NCBI GenBank assembly: GCA_965226885.1 | Contig: CBDDEL010000013.1 | Location: 192,001-256,000 of the forward strand | Length of the DNA stretch: 64,000 bases | Origin: Opitutales bacterium | GTDB lineage: Bacteria > Verrucomicrobiota > Verrucomicrobiia > Opitutales > UBA2987 | Direction of reading: 5' to 3' | Part shown: positions 49,406 to 59,518 of the stretch, one piece after another | How positions within the stretch are numbered: position 1 is the stretch's first letter | How the letters are laid out: each line of letters opens with the position of its first letter | Notes under the pieces: generated by a model | What the model saw: the letters and a program-made list of their open reading frames with translations, nothing else | The model's database searches: none | Told to the model about the DNA's origin: nothing | Position numbers and translations under genes: made by a program

Positions 49406-50972
49406 CCCGGATATTTCGTAAAAAAAGTATCGTTGATATGCTTAACTGCTGATATACAGCAGGATAGATCAATAATTAAAGCAATATCAGCGATGACAAA
49501 AGGTAAACAATTAAAGCTACAGTTGACAAGGGTAAAAGGCCGCCGTGTGCGGGTTGATTTCAAGGGCGGAGAGGTTACTTCGGATGCCGGACTGCTTTTG
49601 ATCCGGGAAGTGGATCGGCAGTTGGGCTTGACCGAACGAGCGGCCCGACAGTTAGTGGACAAACGGCAGAAGGGCAAAGTACGCCATGAGGTATTGGGGA
49701 TGCTGCGGCAGCGCGTTTACGGGCTGGTGGCGGGCTATGAGGATTTAAACGACTTTGATACCCTGCGCCACGATCCATTGTTGCAAACGGTAACGGGGCG
49801 CATTGAAACGTTGGCCAGCGCGCCGACTTTGTGTCGTTTTGAAAACGGGCAGGATCGGCGGGCGGCCTTTGCGGTAAACGAGCTGTTGGTCGAACAGTTC
49901 ATGGGCTCCTTTGCCGAGGAACCCGAAGAGATCATCCTGGACTTTGACGCCACCGACAATCCGGTGCACGGGCTCCAGGAGGGACGTTTTTTCCACGGTT
50001 ATTATGATCATTACTGTTTTCTGCCGCTATATGTTTTTTGCGGTGATCAGCTGCTGGTGGCCTACCTGCGGCCGAGCAAGATCGATGCCAGCAAGCATGC
50101 CGGGGCCATCCTCAAATTGCTGGTTAAACGGATTCGCCAAAGCTGGCCCCGTACGCGGATTATTTGGCGCGCCGACAGTGGATTTTGTCGAGACCGGATA
50201 CTCTCTTGGTGCGACCGCAACGAAGTTAGTTACATCGTGGGGATGGCTCGCAATGCACGCTTGCAGCAAGACGCCCAGCAGTTGCAAAAGCAGGCCAAAG
50301 AATGGTTCGAACTAAGGGGTAAAAAACAACGGTTATTCCAGGACTTCGTCTATGCTGCCGATTCGTGGCGATGGCTGCGGTTGGTCATCCATAAAGCCGA
50401 ACACACCGCACAGGGGTCCAACCCGCGCTTCGTGGTGACGAACCTGCCGGGCGATCCCCAGGAGCTTTACGACAAGGTATACTGTGGCCGCGGTGAAATG
50501 GAGAACCGAATCAAGGAACAGATGCAATTGTTCAGCGAGCGCACCAGCGCCCATCAATGGTGGGCCAATCAGTGGCGATTGCTCTTGTCGGCGCTGGCCT
50601 ACACCTTGATGGAAGCCATGCGCCGGTTAGCCTTAAAAGGGACGAAGTGGGCGCGGGCCCAATGCCACACCCTGCGGCTCAAATTAATCAAGATCGGAGC
50701 GGTCATCGTGCGCAACACCCGAACGATTCACTTTCACCTAAGTGAGAGTTATCCTTGGGCCAGTCTTTTCAACCATGCGGCCCGCCGATTGGTGCCAACC
50801 TAAAGGGTGCATTGGTGCTGCCCCCGGCACTACCGAACCAATGGGGGAAAGGGGGCAGTGTCTCTACACCCTGAAAAACACCTAAAAATCAAGACGATCT
50901 GCTCAAAATACAAAGAAATCCATCTCCAATAGCAATAACGAGCCAAACTTTACCCTTCATGAAATATCCGGG
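49406..50972 (+). mobile_element. IS1380-family element, complete (1567 bp)
   Basis: Both IRs; CTAG TSD. Confidence 0.96.
49493..50803 (+). CDS. IS1380 transposase (matches consensus of copies)
   Basis: Same motifs as the copy at 1503. Confidence 0.93.
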   Translation: MTKGKQLKLQLTRVKGRRVRVDFKGGEVTSDAGLLLIREVDRQLGLTERAARQLVDKRQKGKVRHEVLGMLRQRVYGLVAGYEDLNDFDTLRHDPLLQTVTGRIETLASAPTLCRFENGQDRRAAFAVNELLVEQFMGSFAEEPEEIILDFDATDNPVHGLQEGRFFHGYYDHYCFLPLYVFCGDQLLVAYLRPSKIDASKHAGAILKLLVKRIRQSWPRTRIIWRADSGFCRDRILSWCDRNEVSYIVGMARNARLQQDAQQLQKQAKEWFELRGKKQRLFQDFVYAADSWRWLRLVIHKAEHTAQGSNPRFVVTNLPGDPQELYDKVYCGRGEMENRIKEQMQLFSERTSAHQWWANQWRLLLSALAYTLMEAMRRLALKGTKWARAQCHTLRLKLIKIGAVIVRNTRTIHFHLSESYPWASLFNHAARRLVPT

Positions 50973-51005
50973 CTAGTGGTTATTACCACTACCACTACTG
51001 CTACG

Positions 51006-51047
51006 AACAGGGTGGGTTCCGGTAAAACGGGCCCGCCCTGTTTTTTT
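51006..51047 (+). terminator. Rho-independent terminator
   Basis: aacagggtgggttccg-gtaaaa-cgggcccgccctgtt followed by T7. Confidence 0.8.
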
Positions 51048-51074
51048 GTATAAATCTACCGCAGTTTTTCCGAA

Positions 51075-51446
51075 TTAAATGTGACGGGAGTCTTCCAGGT
51101 CTTTTTCCCGGTAACCCGATTCCTGCCTATTATGATTGATTTTGTTTTTTTTCAAGTAGGCTCGGTAAACATCATCCGCGCTCATACCCAAAACCTGGGA
51201 CAGCGAAATGAGGAAATGAAATAGGTCTACCACTTCCACCCGGGCGTTTTGTTCATCGAACTTCTGGTATTTTGCCCACCATTTCCAGGGCACGGAATCA
51301 ACCAGCTCAGCCAGCTCCTGTTCCATGGCCCGAGTGTAGTTGAGTATCCATTTGGTTTTCTCCTCCTCGCTCAGATCATCTGTGTAAACACCGATGCGCT
51401 CGTTGAGGGCTTTTTGCATCCCAAAAATCTCGTCAAACTTGTCCAT
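51075..51446 (-). CDS. Dimeric all-alpha dUTPase-family protein
   Basis: ELAELVDSVPWKWW, EVVDLFHFLIS, KNKINHNRQ. Confidence 0.88.
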   Translation of the reverse strand: MDKFDEIFGMQKALNERIGVYTDDLSEEEKTKWILNYTRAMEQELAELVDSVPWKWWAKYQKFDEQNARVEVVDLFHFLISLSQVLGMSADDVYRAYLKKNKINHNRQESGYREKDLEDSRHI

Positions 51447-51524
51447 AAGCCCAGATTGCGAGAGGCGCTATGGCAGGGCAATGTCTAAGTTCCCATTAAG
51501 AGGAAAACTTATTCCAAAACTACG

Positions 51525-52828
51525 CTAGACCCGGACGAGGCCCTTTTTCAACATGCCCATAATGGTGGCCGGGGCCTGCCGGTTATTTAGTAGATCTCGC
51601 ATCGTTTTCATATAGGGGTCGATATGGGCGAAGAATCGCTTGTAGGCGGGGCAGAGGTAATTGAGCCCATATTCACCGTCGGGAGTTTTCATGAATCGGT
51701 GCTTGGGGCATTCTCCGTGGCAGGCGAAACGGTATTCGCAACGCCGGCAATAGGCGGGCAGAGTGTCCGCTTTGTCGCGCCCGAATTTTCTCATGGAGGG
51801 AGAATCGACCATCTCGGCGATGGTTTTATCGCGTATATTGCCCTGCAGGTATTGGGGGTAAACATAATGGTCGCAGGCATAAAGGTCGCCGTTGTGCTCG
51901 ATGGCGAGAGCCCGGCCGCAATGCTCGCTGAAAATGCAAAGGCCCCCGCCCATCCCCATCCAGTTACCCAGCGCTACATCGAATACCTGCACGTAAGTAT
52001 TCCCGACATCATTGCGCACCCAATGGTCGAAGATCGTGACAAGGAATTCCCCATAATCTTTGGGCAGTACGCTCCAACGCGTGACCGGACTTAGTTTTTC
52101 ATTTTCATCCTCCGGTTCGGGGGGTGTGGCCAGGGAAAGTTTCAGCAACGATGCAGCATCATCGGGTTTTCTTTCCACAATGGGAATGAATTGCAGGTAG
52201 CGCGAACCGATTTTTCGCAAAAAATTGTAAACTTCGAGGGGTTTTCGGGAATTACGGCGGGTGACGCAAGTGAGGGTGTTGAAGGGCACCCCATGTTTGC
52301 GGCACAGCCCGATGCCGCGCATGACGCGGTCGAAAGTAGAATTTTGCTTGCGGTCAACCCTATAGATATCATGCAGCTCCCTTGGCCCATCGATGCTGAT
52401 GCCGCCCAAAAAGTCATTGTCCCGCAGGAAACGGCACCACTCATCGTCCAGCAATGTTGCGTTGGTCTGGAAGGCATTGTCGATTTTGCGCCCTTCGCCA
52501 TATTTTTTTTGCAATTCGACCACCTTGCGGAAGAAATCCACCCCCATCAGTGTTGGCTCCCCCCCTTGCGGAAGAAATCCACCCCCATCAGTGTTGGCTC
52601 CCCCCCTTGCCAGGCGAATGAAACCTCGTTGCCGGGCTGGGCCTCGATGTATTGGCGGATATAGTTATCCAGCACATCTGCTGGCATACGTAAATTTTCC
52701 CCTCTCGGGAAAAGCTTCTCCTTTTCCAGGTAAAAGCAATATTTGCAGTCAATATTGCAGCGAGGACCAATCGGTTTGGTCATCACATGAAAAGGTGCCG
52801 AAGCGGTTTTTGTTAAAACATCCGTCAT
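51525..52828 (-). pseudogene. Anaerobic sulfatase maturase (radical SAM/SPASM), frameshifted by a 41-bp tandem duplication
   Basis: CNIDCKYC, WQGGEPTL, ISIDGP, YACDHYV, CxxCxxxxxCxGxCPKHR; duplication at 52523-52610. Confidence 0.9.
52523..52610. repeat. 41-bp tandem duplication bounded by ccttgc microhomology
   Basis: ccttgc at 52523, 52564 and 52605. Confidence 0.93.
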
Positions 52829-52971
52829 GCCATCAAGTTGAAAACAATTCTATATCCCGGGAGAAATTTGTCCCTCACCCGAAAACCAGCCGGTTCCATA
52901 CAAGGTTCCATACAATAGAGTTCTTTAGTGAATGGAAAGGGTATATTGTGAGAAGTTTTCTAAAAAAGATT

Positions 52972-53773
52972 GGTAGTGTATTAAGTAGGAATGGTGGCTA
53001 ATTCTTGATTATATTGATGAATGAAAAGTCTCAGACAGGTTTCATGCATACTCTTAAGCTTGGAAAAGGAGAGGGTTTTGCGTGTGAAACGACCCAGTCG
53101 TTGGCGCAGGGTATTGTTCCATCGTTCCACATGGGCCGTTTCACCGGTTTCTTTTCCCACGGATCGGTTATGAGGAAAGACTTCATCATAAGTGCTCCAA
53201 AAGTCGCTGTAGGTGGCACATCTTTTGTAGGCCCGTGGCAGACGCTCGTAAAGTTCCCGGCAACGATACCAATCCCGAGGCCCAATGGCATAGGAGAGGA
53301 TTTGACGGGTGCGTCGGAAAAGAGCGATCCAAACCCATTGGGCATCGCTCTTGCGCCCCACAAAAGACCACAGTTCGTCCAGTTCAATGACATCATGGCG
53401 GCGGGCCGCAAGAATCGTGCTTTTGAGCGGTCGCAGCGATTGTCGTTTTTTTTAACCAACTCAAAACGGTGTTGGGACTCACCCCGAAGGCGCGCTGTAA
53501 ACCGCGTAGACTGCTGCGTTCCTGATAGACTCGAAGGATCATTTCTTTTTGCTCTTCGGTGTATTTCACTGTGGGGTTTTCGCGGCTTTGTTTACCACAA
53601 TCATGGCAGCGGTAGCGCTGTTTATGGTTGGGCGTCTTGCCAAATTTAATGATATTTTCACTTCCACAGTGCCGACAATTAATAATTTTAGTAACCATGC
53701 ACTAAAAATAAACTGCCTAACGCTATTTGTACAGCTAAAAATACAAAATAACATTCTTTTTTTATACACTACC
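52972..53773 (-). mobile_element. IS1-family element, complete (802 bp)
   Basis: IRs; 8-bp TSD aaaagatt; intergenic. Confidence 0.96.
52981..53698 (-). CDS. insAB: IS1 transposase InsA/InsB
   Basis: As the other copies; one C>F change (IALFRR). Confidence 0.88.
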
Positions 53774-53818
53774 AAAAGATTGTCTCCTACAGTCACAGTC
53801 ACGATAGATTCTACCCTG

Positions 53819-54128
53819 ATGAAAATATACGTTTACCATAAGTGCAGCACCTGCCGGAAGGCTTTGCAATGGCTGGATCGTCACGGCCTGGATTATACCG
53901 ATCTACCCATTGTGGAATCTCCCCCTTCGGCGGATGAACTGCATTTCATGCTGGATTCCTATGACGGAATGGTGAGGAAGCTTTTCAATACATCAGGCTT
54001 GCTCTACCGGGGTATGAAACTGAAGGACCGGCTGCCCCGCATGACCGTTGAGGATTCGTTGACCTTGCTGCAAACCAATGGCATGTTGATAAAATGGCCT
54101 TTTCTGCTTGCCGAAACATTCGGGCTAG
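53819..54128 (+). pseudogene. ArsC/Spx-family protein, 3'-truncated by IS1380
   Basis: MKIYVYHKCSTCRKA, FNTSG, LIKWPF (family consensus KRP); cut at CTAG. Confidence 0.85.
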
Positions 54129-55602
54129 CCCGGATATTTCGTAAAAAAAGTATCGTTGATATGCTTAACTGCTGATATACAGCAGGATAGATCAATAATT
54201 AAAGCAATATCAGCGATGACAAAAGGTAAACAATTAAAGCTACAGTTGACAAGGGTAAAAGGCCGCCGTGTGCGGGTTGATTTCAAGGGCGGAGAGGTTA
54301 CTTCGGATGCCGGACTGCTTTTGATCCGGGAAGTGGATCGGCAGTTGGGCTTGACCGAACGAGCGGCCCGACAGTTAGTGGACAAACGGCAGAAGGGCAA
54401 AGTACGCCATGAGGTATTGGGGATGCTGCGGCAGCGCGTTTACGGGCTGGTGGCGGGCTATGAGGATTTGAACGACTTTGATACCCTGCGCCACGATCCA
54501 TTGTTGCAAACGGTAACGGGGCGCATTGAAACGTTGGCCAGCGCGCCGACTTTGTGTCGTTTTGAAAACGGGCAGGATCGGCGGGCGGCCTTTGCGGTAA
54601 ACGAGCTGTTGGTCGAACAGTTCATGGGCTCCTTTGCCGAGGAACCCGAAGAGATCATCCTGGACTTTGACGGCACCGACAATCCGGTGCACGGGCTCCA
54701 GGAGGGACGTTTTTTCCACGGTTATTATGATCATTACTGTTTTCTGCCGCTATATGTTTTTTGCGGTGATCAGCTGCTGGTGGCCTACCTGCGGCCGAGC
54801 AAGATCGATGCCAGCAAGCATGCCGGGGCCATCCTCAAATTGCTGGTTAAACGGATTCGCCAAAGCTGGCCCCGTACGCGGATTATTTGGCGCGCCGACA
54901 GTGGATTTTGTCGAGACCGGATACTCTCTTGGTGCGACCGCAACGAAGTTAGTTACATCGTGGGGATGGCTCGCAATGCACGCTTGCAGCAAGACGCCCA
55001 GCAGTTGCAAAAGCAGGCCAAAGAATGGTTCGAACTAAGGGGTAAAAAACAACGGTTATTCCAGGACTTCGTCTATGCTGCCGATTCGTGGCGATGGCTG
55101 CGGTTGGTCATCCATAAAGCCGAACACACCGCACAGGGGTCCAACCCGCGCTTCGTGGTGACGAACCTGCCGGGCGATCCCCAGGAGCTTTACGACAAGG
55201 TATACTGTGGCCGCGGTGAAATGGAGAACCGAATCAAGGAACAGATGCAATTGTTCAGCGAGCGCACCAGCGCCCATCAATGGTGGGCCAATCAGTGCCG
55301 ATTGCTCTTGTCGGCGCTGGCCTACACCTTGATGGAAGCCATGCGCCGGTTAGCCTTAAAAGGGACGAAGTGGGCGCGGGCCCAATGCCACACCCTGCGG
55401 CTCAAATTAATCAAGATCGGAGCGGTCATCGTGCGCAACACCCGAACGATTCACTTTCACCTAAGTGAGAGTTATCCTTGGGCCAGTCTTTTCAACCATG
55501 CGGCCCGCCGATTGGTGCCAACCTAAAGGGTGCATTGGTGCTGCCCCCGGCACTACCGAACCAATGGGGGAAAGGGGGCAGTGTCTCTACACCCTGAAAA
55601 AC
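54129..55602 (+). mobile_element. IS1380-family element lacking its right end (cut by IS3)
   Basis: Left IR after CTAG; sequence stops at ccctgaaaaac. Confidence 0.94.
54216..55526 (+). CDS. IS1380 transposase
   Basis: Variants DFDGTD and NQCR relative to the other copies. Confidence 0.9.
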   Translation: MTKGKQLKLQLTRVKGRRVRVDFKGGEVTSDAGLLLIREVDRQLGLTERAARQLVDKRQKGKVRHEVLGMLRQRVYGLVAGYEDLNDFDTLRHDPLLQTVTGRIETLASAPTLCRFENGQDRRAAFAVNELLVEQFMGSFAEEPEEIILDFDGTDNPVHGLQEGRFFHGYYDHYCFLPLYVFCGDQLLVAYLRPSKIDASKHAGAILKLLVKRIRQSWPRTRIIWRADSGFCRDRILSWCDRNEVSYIVGMARNARLQQDAQQLQKQAKEWFELRGKKQRLFQDFVYAADSWRWLRLVIHKAEHTAQGSNPRFVVTNLPGDPQELYDKVYCGRGEMENRIKEQMQLFSERTSAHQWWANQCRLLLSALAYTLMEAMRRLALKGTKWARAQCHTLRLKLIKIGAVIVRNTRTIHFHLSESYPWASLFNHAARRLVPT

Positions 55603-55641
55603 TGATGTGCACTGGAAAAAGTGGACACGAGATTCTCCTAA

Positions 55642-55950
55642 ATGGAGAATCGAAGCATGGGAAGAAGACGCAGTATAGAGTTCAAAAATGAGGCAGTTCA
55701 ACTGATGATACTCGATGGTCTGAGCGCCACCGAGGTATCGACCAAACTTGGGGTCAACACCAACCAATTGTATAGGTGGAAGAGGCTCTATCTGGACGAT
55801 CAGCAGGGCGAAGCCACCTCAAAGCGACAGAGCAGTCCGAAGGAGATGGCGGCCGAGATAGATCGTCTTCGCAAAGAGCTGCGCCGCTCGGAGCGGATCA
55901 ACCAGATACTAAAAAAAACGGTGGGCTACTTTGCCAAGGACGAACAATGA
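55642..55950 (+). CDS. IS3 OrfA
   Basis: Identical to 17074-17382. Confidence 0.9.
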   Translation: MENRSMGRRRSIEFKNEAVQLMILDGLSATEVSTKLGVNTNQLYRWKRLYLDDQQGEATSKRQSSPKEMAAEIDRLRKELRRSERINQILKKTVGYFAKDEQ

Positions 55951-56864
55951 AGTACCAGTTTGTCAAAGACAACGAGGGGCGCTTCAAGATCGAGGAAATA
56001 TGCTCGGCGATGGGGATTTGTCGCAGTGGCTATTACTGCTGGAGGCCCCGAGCGCCCTCGGCCCGGCGGATCGAGGACGAGGGAATCAAGGGGGCGATCC
56101 TGAAGGTACACAAAGAGGCCAAGGGCCGCTATGGGCATCGGCCAATGCACCGCCATCTGAAGGATGATGAGGGCATCGATTGCGGCCGTGACCGGGCTCT
56201 GCGTCTGATGCGTGAAATGGGAATCAAAAGCACCCAGAGTAAACGCTTTAAGCCATTAAAAACCAACAGTAACCATCCCTATGGTTACAGCCCCAATGTG
56301 CTTAAAAAGCATGGCCAGCCGACCCATATCGACGAGGTCTGGGTGGCGGACACGACCTACCTACGGACCCTGGCCGGTTGGATGTACTTGGCCACGGTGA
56401 TGGACCTGTTCAGCCGACGCCTGCTGGGCTGGAGCGTTTCCAACCACAACGACGCGAAGCTGGTTGGCAAGGCCCTCAAAGCCGCGGCCATGACCCGCGG
56501 CACACTGCGCACCGGGATTATTCATCACAGCGATCGGGGCAGCCCCTACGCCAGCGACGACTATCAGAGGCTGGTCTCTGAACTAGGCATGAAGCCGAGC
56601 ATGAGCGCCCAAGGCAACTGCTACGACAACGCGGCCATGGAATCGTTCTACGGCCGCTTCAAGACCAGCACGATTCGAGGCCGCCACTTTGCCGACGAGC
56701 GCGAACTGCGATCAACTGTCTTCGAATACGTGGAAATCTTCTACAACCGATATCGCAAACATTCCTCTCTGAGTTACCAAAGCCCAGTCCAATTCGAGGA
56801 AAATATTTGCCCCCCATGGGGGGCAACGAGAAAACAAAACCCTTTACCAAAACAAGCCGCCTGA
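55947..56864 (+). CDS. IS3 OrfB
   Basis: One H>P change versus the first copy. Confidence 0.9.
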   Translation: MKYQFVKDNEGRFKIEEICSAMGICRSGYYCWRPRAPSARRIEDEGIKGAILKVHKEAKGRYGHRPMHRHLKDDEGIDCGRDRALRLMREMGIKSTQSKRFKPLKTNSNHPYGYSPNVLKKHGQPTHIDEVWVADTTYLRTLAGWMYLATVMDLFSRRLLGWSVSNHNDAKLVGKALKAAAMTRGTLRTGIIHHSDRGSPYASDDYQRLVSELGMKPSMSAQGNCYDNAAMESFYGRFKTSTIRGRHFADERELRSTVFEYVEIFYNRYRKHSSLSYQSPVQFEENICPPWGATRKQNPLPKQAA

Positions 56865-56927
56865 CACACTAATCAATAAACAATGAATATAAGAGAATCC
56901 CGTGTCCAACAAATCCAGTACACGTCA

Positions 56928-58204
56928 TAGCCGAATAACATGGAGGTGTGGGAATTAATTGAATAGGTGGCCTTAATATCCATTTCGCTTCCGATTTCTT
57001 TATCGGTTCCTGCCGTTCCCGCGCGGACAACGCCTCCGCCCGTGTTGTAGAAGGCGTCTGTGGCTTCCGCCCTGCGGAAAAAATGATGGGCTAGCTTGCA
57101 ACCCATCTTTTTGGCCGGTTTGAGGTCTAGTCCCAGGCTGAAATCGATGATATTCTGCCGGCCCACAATATCGATGTATCCCATATAAGCGTGGCCCAGG
57201 GGAAAAAGCTGGTCGAAGGTTTCCAATTTGTCATCAGCGGGGTTGCCATCGCCGCTCCCGTAATCGAAACCCAGCCAAAGGCGCGGCTTCCATTGGTTTT
57301 CCGTCTAGGCATACCCGAATTGGCTCCCCACCATAAAGGCCTCGACATCGGAAGCGCCCATTTCGCCGAATTGGTAAGCGGCCTCCACATCGTAATCGAA
57401 TCCCGTTGAGGATTTGCCAAAGGCGCGCCCCCCGATGGTATGGCGGATGCTGTCTAAATTGTCCCGTTCGCGTCCCAGGTAATAGATATCCAGGGATTTT
57501 TTAAAAGTGCCGTAAATCCCATATAGGATGTTGTTGTCGTCGTTTTTGTTGAAATCGTATTTATCCACCGGAACGAATTTCGAGGCGAATGCATGAATTT
57601 CCCAGTTTTCAGTGGAAAGAATCGCGCTAACGGCATCCCACCGGCGCATCGTGTTAGCCCAGGGCAGGGGACTGATCAGCCGTTGTTTTCCGAACAAAAA
57701 CTCCTGCCGCCCCATTCGCAGTGTCAGGTTGGCATCATCCAGGGGAAATTTGAAATCGATGAAAGCGTTCAGCAGGTCGACGGAATCCACATTGAGCCCT
57801 CTTCGGCCTCCCGGCAGGTCGCGATTGGTGGAGAGAGCGTTGATGAACTCGCCGAATATGCGCACATTGGGTCCTAAATGCAGGTTTCCATGCAGAAAAA
57901 TCCGGTGCAAATCGAATAAATCGTCGTTGTTGTCGCCAAAGGCGAATCCAGACCAGGCCTCAATCCGTTCCCGTAATTGACCTCCGTTGCTCAACCAGGC
58001 GTTTCCATCGTTGCCCAGCTCAATATATTTGATGCCGTCAAAGGAGTCCGCCTTGTCATCCTCGGCCAACTTGGACCAGTTCTCGTTGTATCTGAGAACC
58101 TGGTATTTTGGGCGCTCGGCCAACGACTGGGGGTTGCACAGAAGGCACGAAAAGAGGACCGCGATTGCTCTAGCGGCCACCAAAGAGAGGTTGTTTTTAA
58201 TCAT
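56928..58204 (-). pseudogene. Alginate-export-family outer-membrane beta-barrel, with in-frame stop and 3' truncation
   Basis: LRYNENWS, GRQEFLFGKQRLI; TAG at 57305-57307, then the same frame continues WKPRLWLGFDYGSGD...TFDQLFPLGH; ends at IS3. Confidence 0.85.
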
Positions 58205-58355
58205 TTTCTGCGGTTGGATAACAATTAGCTGATTACTGCATATTGTACCAATATTGGCAGAATTAAAGGGAATCGCCCAATTATAAGCAAAACCGATAGA
58301 TATAAGAAAAAATCCTCATCTTCAGGATTTTGTTGGGCAGAAAACGGCGCCTTCG

Positions 58356-59360
58356 CTATTTCTCGACCTCGAATACTTTCGTCTGAGGATGGAAGGCCGA
58401 CCAGCTATGGTAAAAAGTCTGCAAGGCTCGCGTCCCGGCGGGGGCGGATTGTAGCATTACCCCAGCTTCATCCGCGGTAACGATTGCCAGCCCCTCGGGA
58501 GTTTCAATTTTTACCGGTCCTTTGCGGGCTAACTCAGCCGTGACAAAGGCGGCGAAACTGCCAACCTTTAAGCCGAGCCCCAGCGTTTTGGGCGGCAAAT
58601 CTTTTTTGAACCCGAAATCGTGGCCGCGGAAAACTCTCTCGCTGGTCAAATAATCCGCGTAGGGATTCCTCTCATAAGGCTCATCAAAACCTGTATCGGT
58701 GCTCAGGACCTCGCCTTCTGGGTATTTTTCCCGAAATGCGCCGAATTTCATTATCCGGACCGGAAGGTAGTTCAAGGATTCTCCGGCGAATTTTCCCGTA
58801 AAGGCTTTTAAATAAACCTGCGACCACAAGCCCATCGAAGTTTGGTCGTATAAAACCATGTTCGAGTTGTAGAGAAACCCCGAAATACCGAACTCCAGCA
58901 CGATCTCCTCTCCGGGGCCGGATTCGCTGCCAATTTTCAAACGCCTGTCCATAACAGCCACCGAATCGCACAGCGGGCAGTAGGTTACGGCAACGGCAAC
59001 GCCGCCCACAGTGTCATTGGCCACTTCGTGAAAATTGAGGATACCGAGAGGGTAGGCCACAGCCTCACCGTCGAAATCCACTACCGCCACGCGCTCCCCG
59101 GGCTGGGGATAGCTGGCCGCGCGCGCCTTTATCCGCTTGGGATTAGTCAGGAAATGAATGCCATCCTTGGGCACGCCGGGTGCCAGCATCTCATCCAAAT
59201 CGATCTGTGGGTTCGATAAATCGTATAGTTTAACAAGATCTTCTTTCGTAACGCGGTCCCTGCGATCGGTATCGGCCGCCGCCAAGGCAGTCAGGAATCC
59301 TGCCAAAAGCATGACCAAAGTCCGATTTCGGGTTCCTGGAATATATAGTCTGTTGGTCAT
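58356..59360 (-). CDS. DUF3179-family protein
   Basis: GVPKDGI, AYPLGILNFHEVAND, TYCPLC, FGISGFLYNSN, LWSQ. Confidence 0.85.
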   Translation of the reverse strand: MTNRLYIPGTRNRTLVMLLAGFLTALAAADTDRRDRVTKEDLVKLYDLSNPQIDLDEMLAPGVPKDGIHFLTNPKRIKARAASYPQPGERVAVVDFDGEAVAYPLGILNFHEVANDTVGGVAVAVTYCPLCDSVAVMDRRLKIGSESGPGEEIVLEFGISGFLYNSNMVLYDQTSMGLWSQVYLKAFTGKFAGESLNYLPVRIMKFGAFREKYPEGEVLSTDTGFDEPYERNPYADYLTSERVFRGHDFGFKKDLPPKTLGLGLKVGSFAAFVTAELARKGPVKIETPEGLAIVTADEAGVMLQSAPAGTRALQTFYHSWSAFHPQTKVFEVEK

Positions 59361-59518
59361 TCTATTTAATTGTATTTCAATACAGTCGCTGAATATGAGG
59401 TTGCAGGACGCTCAAATATTTCAGCCACGGATTATACGCATAAATGTAAACGCCGGGGAAAAACCGGTACGGTAAAGAGGGCGCTTTAAAACCGGTACGC
59501 TTATCCTAGAAAGGAGGA

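Larger units (their letters stand above)
49290..51047 (+). ncRNA. Candidate structured small RNA (about 190 nt once IS1380 is removed)
   Basis: Consecutive hairpins followed by an intrinsic terminator; no + strand gene downstream. Unverified. Confidence 0.35.
55603..56927 (+). mobile_element. IS3-family element, complete (1325 bp), no TSD
   Basis: Near-identical to 17035-18359. Confidence 0.95.

Noticed and set aside
36759..50972. Composite transposon between two IS1380 copies
   Set aside because: Each copy restores its own locus when removed, and the cargo is housekeeping genes.
50976..51053. Thr-rich or His/Tyr-rich attenuator leader peptide
   Set aside because: Codon runs arise from ccacta repeats that form the hairpin, and no downstream biosynthetic operon lies on the + strand.
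52523..52610. CRISPR array
   Set aside because: Two abutting units without spacers, inside a gene; no cas genes.
53549..54175. 208-aa ORF as a single gene
   Set aside because: Chance read-through from IS1 antisense across arsC into IS1380.
57305..57307. TAG recoding or readthrough
   Set aside because: TAG terminates intact genes here (hpnH, hpnN, higA), and this gene is also IS-truncated; a simple nonsense mutation is more likely.
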